64,000 bases of DNA from Camelus ferus (lineage: Eukaryota): contig NC_045696.1 in the NCBI RefSeq assembly GCF_009834535.1, positions 23,376,001 to 23,440,000 on the forward strand. Reading direction: 5' to 3'. This document shows positions 53,811 through 64,000 of the stretch, one piece after another (positions within the stretch are counted from its first letter, which is position 1; the number at the start of each line of letters is the position of its first letter). Position numbers and translations under genes: made by a program. The notes below the pieces were generated by a model. It had not been told where the DNA came from. It saw nothing but the letters and a program-made list of their open reading frames with translations, and did not search any database.

Positions 53811-55091
53811 GACATGATGAAGACTTAATAGAATTCACTGAATCAAGTCCCCATGTTTTAATAACCCATAAAGGCTTCTGATGTATCAACTATCTTGCCA
53901 GTTATTCAGGAAGAAATATTTTTATTTCTGTTTCAAAGAATAGTAGACGGCATTTTAATCTTAACGGTAAGTCCATTTTGACTAATCATTACGCTCCTTT
54001 TCTCCAGCTTTCTGACAATTTTCAGCAGAAAAAGGGATCCTTAAACACTTTTTCAGTACATATATACAAAATAAAAACAAATATAAATAAACACATTTGT
54101 TTATATATAACAAACTATTCACCTTCCACTTGTTAGGCATTCACAGAATATTCAAACATGCATTATGGTCTTGCATCTCTTCGTTTTGCTTCTCTAATTA
54201 AATATACCTCCCCAAGTGCCAGCAACGAATGAAAGCTACTGGGCAACTGTAGTGAAACATTCTATAGGCTTTGAGACTCCTGGAAGTTAACTGACATGGA
54301 AAGTGAAGTGATCAGTCTTATATTGGGAATTAGAAACAGAAACCCAGCACTAAGGGCAGGGGTAGTAAGAGAGGATACAGAGAAGTGGAGAAACAGGTTG
54401 CCAAGGCTATGCTAGTCAGACGAGAGAGGGACAGAAATGCCAGGGAGAGAAACCACTGAGGGTCAGGCAAGTTGGAGAAGGATTCAGAAAGCCTGATCTA
54501 CTCCTGAGGAGATTCCATTTTCAGGCTTTAAAAATTCTATAAGAATCTCACTTTCAGGTAACCTGAATGAATCTTTTCCTTGCAACCAAACTTTAGAGAT
54601 AATAGATATCATGAAAGTTGACAAGCAGGGAAGAGAATTTTCAGCTCAGGAAAGAGAAAGCAAACAAGTGAACAAACAGAACAGAGGAAACCTGCCTGGA
54701 GAAGGTAATATTTGAACTAAGCTGGTCCATCCGACAAGTCGGTTGTGCTAATACGTCTGTCTTTCAGATCAGAGTTTGAGAGTTCTGAGATCAGTCCTAT
54801 GGTCTGCAATGTACTGTATGTTGCATTCATGAGCTCAATAAACAATTCTACATTGAATAAAGAATACAGATGCATGAGAAATTGTCACCAAAATTCACTT
54901 CAGAACAGCTCAATATAAAACCAACTGGTTTGATTATAAAGACAATTTAAGAAACCACTAACAAAAATGTCTCCCCATATTTCTTTGGTTCTGGAGTTAA
55001 TAAATCATTTTTACCTAAGAAATGCCCCAACATCTATCCGAATGTTGTAACCAAGATTTTATCCCACCAAAGACCAAAAGAATGGCCTCCA

Positions 55092-55608
55092 CATCAACAG
55101 GTGACTGGATAAAGAAGATGTGGTATATTTATACAATGGAATACTACTCAGCCATAAAAACCGACAACCATAATGCCATTTGCAGCAACATGGATGCTCT
55201 TGGAGAATGTCATTCTAAGTGAAGTAAGCCAGAAAGAGAAAGAAAAATACCATATGAGATCGCTCATATGTGGAATCTAAAAAACAAAAACAAAAACAAA
55301 CAAACAAACAAAAACAAAGCGTAAATACAGGACAGAAACAGACTCACAGACAGAGAATACAGACTTGTGGTTACCAGGGGGGTGGAGGGTGGGAAGGGAT
55401 AGACTGGGATTTCAAAATTGTAGAATAGATAAACAAGATTACACTGTATAGCACAGGGAAATATACACAAAATGTTATGATAACTCACAGAGAAAAAAAT
55501 GTGACAATGAGTGTGTGTATGTCCATGAATGACTGAAAAATTGTGCTGAACACTGGAATTGGACACAACATTGTAAAATGATTATAAATCAATAAAAAAT
55601 GTTAAAAA
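55092..55608 (+). mobile_element. Young 5'-truncated camelid-type L1 with target-site duplication
   Basis: ORF2 C-terminus (STGDWIKKMWYIYTMEYYSAIK), intact-looking 3'UTR, AATAAA and A-tail. TSD aatggcctcca at 55081-55091 and 55609-55619. Confidence 0.9.
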
Positions 55609-57284
55609 AATGGCCTCCAAACCTCTTTAAATATGTATTTTATTAATGTTGTATTCTTGTATCCCAGATTTTAAAACCAATCAAACAAGTATAAAACCCT
55701 TAGTCTTACTAAGACAATTTTTTTTAATTCCATGTCTCTTGCAAGCTCATATGCAACTACTAAAAAGATTTCAAAAGCTAAGTAAAATAACTCCATTCAT
55801 AGGAGTACTGATTGCATAGTATTTCAAGTTCTGAATTGGTAATGGTGTTACTACTGACAGCAATGAGAATATCTCACAAAGGATTCCAAATATATTGCAA
55901 CACATTCAATGTACAAAAGTATCTTACTCTTCCTCATGATTCCTTAGCCAACAACCTCATCCCCAAATATCGTGGCATAGGGGAGAAGAGGTGTTGGCTT
56001 AATTTAGATTTATGTGCTGTATCATCAGGAACAGACAAACCTGCATAATAAACAGCATATGTTGGCCTTAACCAAGCATATGGATTCTGTTATATTAAAA
56101 GCAAATGTTCAAGTAACAAAATTAATATTAATGTGTTTTGCAAAATCAAAGTCAGGAGCTACTTTTGGAGGAGCTGAATAATTACAGATCTTACTGTAGG
56201 CTAAATCCCATTTATTTCACATAATAAAAGAACCCTGGTAGTCTCCAATATTGAATCCCACAGGTCTAATACTCAAAACTAAGTTTTTTATTCTTCACAT
56301 AGAAAACTTCTCTGTGAGAAAAGTGTTTTATAAAAACTGCAGTCATAGTCTTGGGCAAGAAAAACGGAATTATGTAGAAGAGAACCACCACTGTTGCAAA
56401 AATTCTTCCAAGCCATATTCACAGTTATTCTGTGTTCTAGTTGCTCCATTTCACTTGGGGATTCTCAACTGTAAAGATCATAAGCAGTAATAAGCTAGAA
56501 AAGAAATTACCTTTAAGGACAAGGAATAAGGGCAATTGATTTCAGTTTTGCCCAAATCTTTGCTACTGGAGACACATTTGTAATCACTTACAACTCCTAC
56601 AAATTAAAACTGAATGTTTGATAAGTATTCTATAGTTATCCCAGGAGGCTAGTTTTCCTAAAATCCCATATTCTGACCTCACTTTTGATTGCTGGAATCA
56701 CATTTACTTATATATGCATACACCATATGCATACTTTTCCATATTTACTGCCCCTTTTCTTTGGTCTGCCTTTCTATATCCCATTCTGTCCACCTATGAA
56801 AAATTATAGTTGTCAAGGCTCCACTCTCCCCACAGATGGAACATGGAAGTTTTTTTTTACTTTGTATTACACAACTTCTTCCTACATGGGCTTACAGCCA
56901 ACCTGCTTAGAACCAAGCGTTCCATTGTTGATATTTCTCTGAAATAGCCAGAAATAAATCTGTCCATTTAATATTAATGTGCACTCATATCTTTAAAAAA
57001 TCAGAATGAAGTGCCTTGGGGGTGTTGCTTTATCTAACTGAGATTTCAAACATACCCTGTGGCCTTCCCCATCATTAAACCACACAGACAAATCCCCTGT
57101 CTCAGTGATTCAAAGTTCTAGATCTCTGACCTCATGTAAGCACGAAGGGTAGGAGAGAAGCAATCTGAGAAACCACCGAAAGGCTCCTATGTTTAGTCGC
57201 TTACAAAGAAACACAAAAGGCCACTCACCTAAAAGGGACTGTTGGGTTTTTTTAAACTTTTCAAAAAAGTATTTTACTTATTTA

Positions 57285-57455
57285 CTACTATTTTATTTTA
57301 ATTTATTTTATTTTACTTTATTTTATCTTATCTTATCTTATCTTGGTGGGAGGAGGTAATTAGGATTATTTATTTTTAGAGGGAGGTACTGGGGATTGAA
57401 CCCAGGACCTCGAGCATACCAAGCATGTGCTCTACCACTTGAGATATACCCTCCC
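57285..57455 (-). mobile_element. tRNA-derived SINE, Vic-1 (camelid) type
   Basis: Minus head GGGAGGGTATATCTCAAGTGGTAGAGCACATGC...GGTCCTGGGTTCAATCCCCAGTACCTCC with A-box and B-box (57402-57393), and an A-rich simple-repeat tail. Confidence 0.85.
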
Positions 57456-57764
57456 TCCTAGGCATTGTTAGTTTTAATCACTGTCATATTGAACTATTTT
57501 TTTAATGTAGTTTGCTCAAGATTTTAAAAATCTAAAAAACCTATCTGCTTCTGAGGTCCTATGTCAAAAATCCAGTTATTAAAAGTGATGCCATTTTTTT
57601 TCAAATAACTTATTATTTTCTCAAATATTAAAAAAGTGCTTTCTACAAAATAATTCATAGGAATAAATTAAGGGGAAATAAAGCTAGCCTACGATCCTTT
57701 ACCTAGATACAACTGTTGTTAACTTCTTTATTTATATACTTTTATGCATGTGTGCATGCATACG

Positions 57765-58148
57765 TGTTGCTAAAAGATAAACCGAGGGCATATTAAAATT
57801 ATGAAGAGCTTTTCTGGGAAAAATTGATTCAAATTGAGCATCTAATCTAGCAGATAAGAAAGGGGCTCTGAAGAGCTGTACGAAATGAAAGACAGAAGGG
57901 TGCAGGAACAAGAAAGTTACACAAGGCAACAAAGCAGGTTGGTTATTGCAAAGTTACTTTCCTCGGAAGGGTGGCAGGAGTCTTATCAGGCAGATTACCT
58001 AACTAGTGCCAATTAAGCAATTCCTGATAGACTGGTTTAAGATTCCATTTCTAGGAGAGTCAAAACTGTAATTAAGTCAAGCCTCAGTTTTGTGATGCGA
58101 GTCAACATATGCAACTCAATTTTGGGCCTGTCCTGTGTGTCTGTTACA
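57765..58148 (-). mobile_element. ERV1-class solo LTR inserted in an old L1
   Basis: TG...CA termini (tgttg at 57765, gttaca at 58148), ~385 bp, flanked by L1ME-like antisense sequence. Confidence 0.6.
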
Positions 58149-58199
58149 GAAAGAGGGTCATGTAGTCGCTTATAGCTTTTTACAGTTGTCAACAAATAC

Positions 58200-58520
58200 A
58201 CCATGAGACTCTTTCACCACTGATAATGCATTTGTACATCACTTTTAATGGCTACAGATTATTCCACTGTGTGCCTACTGCACAATTTTTAAATTGGCAA
58301 TTAGGACATTTCTAATTTTTCCCTATTTAAGACAATGATATAATAGAAAATACATCTTGGTATAAAAATTTCATTACTTCCTAAGTATACATTTTTAGAA
58401 ATGAGTTGCTGAGTCAAAGAGCAAGCATATTTTAAAATCTGAACCATGCTGCCCAGGTACCTTCCAAACTGCAATAGATAGATGTGCTCCCTTGCCCTGG
58501 CTCCCATTAGTTTTTCATAG
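58200..58520 (-). mobile_element. L1ME-like fragment
   Basis: 'attccactgtgtg...agaaatgagttgctgagtcaaagagc...cttccaaa'. Confidence 0.6.
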
Positions 58521-58729
58521 AGGCAACAAACTGCATTCTTTCTACGTTCTGGGACATGTACCAGGTGCAAGATAGGGAGACGTGGAAGGAATAAAGCGTG
58601 GTTCCAGCCAACTTCTCCCAGAGCTCATGGCTTAGTAATAGGACGTACACATAATTTAAATGCAAAGTCAAAAATGACAGCTTTGAGTAATATGTATAAC
58701 CCTCCTTAAGCATGGAGGATAAATCACAT

Positions 58730-59060
58730 TAATTAACATGGGTGCTTTCCCCTGTGTTACCTCATTTTCTACTACAGACATTTTAAGAGAAAGGTCTTAT
58801 TATCTTCATTCTACACAGGAAAAATCTGAGACCCAGAGAACTTCAGTAACTTTTGCTGGCATGGCTGCCCCAGTCTCAGCTTCACAACCTCTCGCTTTGT
58901 GATCTTGGACAACTGAACTTCTCTAAGACTCAGTTTTCTTACCTGCAACATGAGAATAAACAAACTTCAGGACTGTAGAAGGACTGAATTAAATGTGAAT
59001 TCTTGTGAATAATTTAGCACAGTGCTTGGTACCCAGCTAGCGCTCTACATAACTTATTAC
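58730..59060. mobile_element. Two adjacent MIR fragments in opposite orientation
   Basis: Minus core 'cattctacacaggaaaaatctgagacccagaga' (~58810-58840) and plus core 'gtgatcttggacaac...ctcagttttcttacctgcaacatgaga' (~58900-58955). Confidence 0.6.
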
Positions 59061-61889
59061 CCTATACCACAACTGCCTCTAATCACATCTCTACCACAAA
59101 AGAGATGACGGCCACTCTACTCACAATCCTTTTCTTAATCAGAAAGTTTTCTTCAACATTCACCCTAAATCTCCTCAACACCCTTCAGTAACATATGGCA
59201 ACATAAACTTCTCTCTTTAAGTAACTGAAATATCTCTAAGAGTTTCTTCCCATTTATTATTTACATATTCTTCAGTAATTTTTATGAAAACCCCATCTCT
59301 TAAGGGTGTTGGATAGTTCTGCACTTGGTTTTTAGCATCTGAAGAAATTATTGTAAATTGAGTTCCTAAAACTTCTGAAATACATTTTTAAAAATGTCCC
59401 AGTGGCAGAAGCAATTAACTCACAGCATTCTCTAAGGGCAGGAAGAACAGACTGCAGGCAAGTCAAGTTACAGGCGGAGTTTTGAAGTAAGAAAACATCG
59501 TTTAGCTATTTTAATTTTAGCAATTCTTATTTATGTAAATACATAAAAGTTGATAGGTGACATATTCTGAGCCTCTCAAATAATCTATTAAACCAGATCA
59601 TTTTTCCCATTAATTGCTTATAATCCAAGCCTTAGCTGGCATTTGGTTCTCTTGTTTTAATTTTTATAGTACTTCTAAATAAAAACAAGCATGTAACTTT
59701 TGCTTATTTTTGTTAAACAGAAAGATATGGTTGAGAGAGACAAAGAGAAAAGTTTTAATTTGTCTTTGTGCTTCCAATATTCAGATTAATCAGTTAACAG
59801 GCTCCATTTGGGTTTTAGAGCATGGACAAAACAACTCTCAAAGTGAAACTGTCTCAAGCATTTCACCAAAAACACAAGAGATGTTACTCATTAAACATGT
59901 AAAGGTGCAGATAAATTATCTGCCTAAAAATGCTCAAGTAAGTAAGCAGCAGTGATGAATCTAAAAAAGGTTAATACCAATATCTTGAAAATTTACTATT
60001 CTAAGCAACTGCCTGCCTTAACTCTTAACTCCTTGTCACTTACCTAAAATTAGCTCCATGGGGGTGTTTCTTTAGTAGGCTCACTAATTATTGATATCAA
60101 TTGCTTTAATTTCAAGTTTTAGAGTAAATAGCATTGGTAGAATATTTGTCCCAAATTCAATATAATTTTGCTTTTGTTTTCAATGACAAAGACTGTGAAT
60201 TACTAAGCCTTAAATATTATTAGTATAGCAAAGAAATTCATTTAAATCGTCTTAACAAAGAATTATTCTTGATGCAAAATTATTACATTGAGAATTTAGG
60301 GGATGCCATGAAAAGAAAAGCAGCATTCAACTATACTAGGAAGTACATACAAATAACTTGCAAATAATGTAATTCATAAAATAAAAATAATATTGTTTTT
60401 ACCTGTTACAGTAATCATTATTAGCATGCATACTGGATTTATAAAGCCATTAATAAATTCAGATTGCAAAGCAGCAATACAAACCTACTCCTAAAAATGA
60501 GTAATACTCACTTTTCCTTTTCCCACATGACATACACTTTAGAAAGCCTTTCTGACCAGAAAAGAACCATATTATCCAATTGTAGTAAACATTATTTTCC
60601 TAGAAATGGAACATCAACCTTGCAAATGCAGTATCAATGAATTTACTTTTGCATGAATTTGAAGGCCAGAGAGCTTCAACTCAATGGAAAAATGGAAGAT
60701 TTATTTTCTCTAAGTGTCATATAACCCTTCAATGACTTCAAAGTCAGACCCATTTCCAGTCCTTCAAGACATAAAATGCAGTACTTATGTCAAGTGAATT
60801 TTCTAGTGGGTTATTTATTTCCATCTGTCTTATATTTGTGGGCAGGTCAAGCACAAGATCTGAGTCTGCTTGAGAGAGAGATGAAAAATAGACTAAATAA
60901 AGAGCTGAGTTTAAACAAGAAAATAAGAGTCAACATTAGTAAAAAACTGAAAAGCTTGGGGAATGTCTACTATCCAGGCAATTTCATGTGCAAATTTTAA
61001 TGTACAAATACGAAAATTTGACCATCTCCACATCGTTATATACAACATAGTTAGAAATGATAATTTATGTAAACAAAAATAAGTGTGTGTATTTCCTGAG
61101 AAGCACAGTTAAGTTTTATCTGTTGAAATTTTCTTTGTTCCTATAAAACTGTTTCAGTTTCCCAAGTTCTCCTTCAGTGAATATGATCCGTTTTTAGCAT
61201 TCTCATTTACCTTTCCTATGAAACTTCATTCATTAAAGTTTATGCCAATAATTAAGCAGAAAAGTAAATATTCTGGTGGAGTCACATGTTGGATAGACAT
61301 TCTTGACTCATCATCACACATTAAACCCGTGCATAATTTATGTCTGTGTTAATTGCTGATTTATGTTCTTTGAATCTTTTAAATAAGTGAATGCTTTATT
61401 TCTCTAATGTAAACACTGTTGTTTGTTCAGATTCTTATAAAATATTTAACAAATTACTCTGATGTTCTTAGGAAAAAATAAATTAACTTAGAAAATGAGA
61501 CCAGCCTAATTAAAGCAGGTGCCATGTGGCCTTCTACCTGTCCATAATTATAGATAAAAACCAATACTGTTTACTAAAAAAGAAAATACATATAGCACTA
61601 ATTAGTCTTTCGAGGTGACTAAACTGTTAAAATGTAATGTGTTTAGAATCAGATAATTCATCTCCCATGATTTAGGCTGGGCATGAAATACAATTTTAGG
61701 GGATCAGAATTTGCTCAACAGGAGCTTTCAGCTCTCTCCTTGCTTGAACGTGTATCAGACAGTCTTTATTGTGAGCAGCTTTGGTTTCTTATTTAAGTAG
61801 TCTACTCCAATGTTTACTGAAAAAAAACAAAAAAATCCCAGGTGAGCTTTTCCAAATAGAAAACCTTTTATAAAATTGATTTTAAAAAA

Positions 61890-63890
61890 TCATTAACTCT
61901 AAATCTCAATGGCTTATCACAACAATGTATGTTTCTTCTCACACTTAATATATATCTGACTTGGGTTAACAAAGGTCTCTCCTTGGCATGGGTTTTTAGG
62001 GACCTGGGCTGATGAAGATTTCACTATTTTGTGATGCCTCGGCATTGGCTATAGCAAGAAAAGAGAGAGAGCTTAGAAAACTCAGAGCTGCTCTTAAGAA
62101 AAGCACTTCATTTCTGTTCACAATTCACTGGCAAGCTATGACCCCAACATAAACCTCAAGGGATATTAGGAAATTTTCAAGCAAAGGGGAAATAGTCAAT
62201 TCTGGTGAAGACTAGGAATCCATCACCTTCTATTCACTAAATGTTCAGTTCCTTCTTCTTCCCACACATAACACATATCCAGCAACTCACATGGAGACAG
62301 TCTGAATCCCATCCAGCCTGTGTCAGAATCTCAAAGTCCAGCGTATCCAGAGAAAGTTCAGTAGTCCTTACCGAGCCCATATGTGCCTTCTCCTGGTCTA
62401 TGAATTTAAAAGCCAAGTTTCCTGTCCCTCCACACATACACACACACTCTCTTTCTCTCTCTCTCTAAACAAAGGTGAGAAAGGACAAGGATAATTACAA
62501 TAGTACACTCACTTTTAGAGAGGAGATAAATCAGACATAATCAGCATCCCACCTACATCCTGATGTCCTGCCGAGCACACACAGGGACGGCTCCCTACCT
62601 GCGTGTGCCTTCAGTATCCATCCTACGGCAGGTTCTCTTTTTTTTTCCACTCTCTCCCTTGACTGTATCTGGAAATAAGTCCCAGGGCCGCACAGCCTCC
62701 TCGGGCTCCTTCTTGTTCACGAAAGGTTGTGTGCACAAAGGCCATTTTCAGCTTCGTGCAGTCAAAGGGCCCTTCAGTCCAGGCTTGTGGTTTCTTTGGC
62801 AGTACATTTCTCTCAAATACTTAAGAGGCTTCTTCTCTATTTGTTTCCAGTCAGTTCCACATGCCAGTAACCACACCCACACTTTTAAATACCTAGTTCT
62901 CAAATCGCCAGTAGCTCTTTGTTTTCTCAACTGCCTGTCTTTTTCTCTCAATTTGATGGTGGCTATCTGAAGCTTATCTGTAATAACAGGTGGGAAGACC
63001 TCATTTTTAAAACTTTTCTGCCTTAAGTGCTGCAATCAACTGAAAGGTTTTGCTGAATGTTACTAAAAGCCTCTGTAAAATCCCTTTGAGCGTAGTTTGG
63101 GTCTAGAAGCAGTTGGCTTTTCCAACACTGCAGGAATCCACATTTCTAGACCCTCCTTGTATCTTCATTTCTGCCTATGAACCAGCCAATTCTTTTCTGA
63201 GTTCATCTTTGTTTTTGTAACTCCTTGCCAAGCACAGTCAACAGCAGTTAGCATACACTACTGTGGTTCTGTTTTCTACTTCTTATCCAGGAGCTGAGAG
63301 TTACCTAGGCATACGATCTGCCTTCCAGGTTCTGACATGCAAGAGTTTCACCAAATGATTTACTGCTATGTTACATGCATTTTCTTTGTCTCCTCCAGGA
63401 TCATTTTTCTGTTTGGCTACTGCCTGTCCACAAGTACATATCAAGTATTTCATTATAATAGAGATCCCATTTCAAAAACTAATTTCTGTGTTGGTGAGAA
63501 CAGATGAGGTTAAACTGTGGTAACAAATTAACCACAGAATCTAAGTGTCTTATCATAACACAGGTTAATGTCTTGTTCACATGAAATGTACAAGTTTCAA
63601 GAGAACTCTTCTCCATATAGTCATTCAGAGAACCAGGCTATCTGTAGCCCCACTGCCTTTCACTCTTCTATTACAATCTGTGGCTCTCATGGTTGCCAGG
63701 TCAAGAGGAACTTACAACCACACTTAAATGCCTCTGACCTGAAGTGACACATGTCACTTCTCACAGTCATATCCGCAGTTAGACACATGGTCCTGCCCTC
63801 ATGGCAGGAGACACTGGGAAATCTTCAAGGAGATTAGGATGTTTAGGAAGGAGAGGAAAACTAAATATTGTGGGGATTAGTCATTTTTAT
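61890..63890 (-). mobile_element. Near full-length old MaLR element (LTR ~61890-62225, internal ~62230-63486, LTR ~63487-63890)
   Basis: Two same-orientation MLT1J/K-like LTRs ('aatctcaatggcttatcacaac' and 'aatctaagtgtcttatcataacac') flank ~1.25 kb. The junction 'aatttc|tgtgttggt' at 63487 resembles MLT-int/LTR junctions. Confidence 0.55.
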
Positions 63891-64000
63891 CCTCCTGTAC
63901 TTTTAATGTTCAGATAAACATGGAAACATAGATAAGCCAGAACAATGCTACTTGATCACCATGATGGAGAAACATTTGTCGAATAAGGTACTGGATCATA

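Noticed and set aside
55022..55222. 66-aa ORF as a gene
   Set aside because: Chimera of flanking DNA and the L1 ORF2 C-terminus.
57385..57455. tRNA gene
   Set aside because: The A and B boxes belong to a tRNA-derived SINE head followed by SINE body and tail; there is no convincing cloverleaf acceptor stem.
1..64000. CRISPR array, operon or other prokaryotic/defence system
   Set aside because: No regularly spaced repeats and no long ORFs; the repeat content is eutherian. Short duplications (31329-31374, ~49108-49139) have only two units.

Overview
AT-rich, CpG-depleted mammalian non-coding DNA, most likely camelid: it has a Vic-1-type tRNA-derived SINE at ~57.3-57.5 kb and a young camelid-type L1 3' end at 55.1-55.6 kb, and I saw no Alu, B1, Bov-tA, PRE1 or ERE elements. 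I can support no protein-coding exon, RNA gene or prokaryote-type system; the supplied ORFs are mostly chance or repeat-derived. Most of the window is old interspersed repeats (MIR, L2, L1M, MaLR/ERVL/ERV1 LTRs, a probable hAT fossil and a near full-length MaLR element). The exception is an almost repeat-free block at ~12.5-19.9 kb. It contains a minus-strand TATA/CCAAT/SOX-motif promoter (~15.75-15.89 kb), a short first exon (~15767-15698), a 507-nt GT-AG intron and a 284-nt second exon (15190-14907) carrying several uORFs and two NF-Y boxes. This looks like an alternative promoter and non-coding 5' exons of a very large minus-strand gene. From memory only, and unverified, it resembles a SOX6 5'UTR exon. 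Repeat family names come from pattern recognition, not a database search, and repeat boundaries are approximate unless stated.
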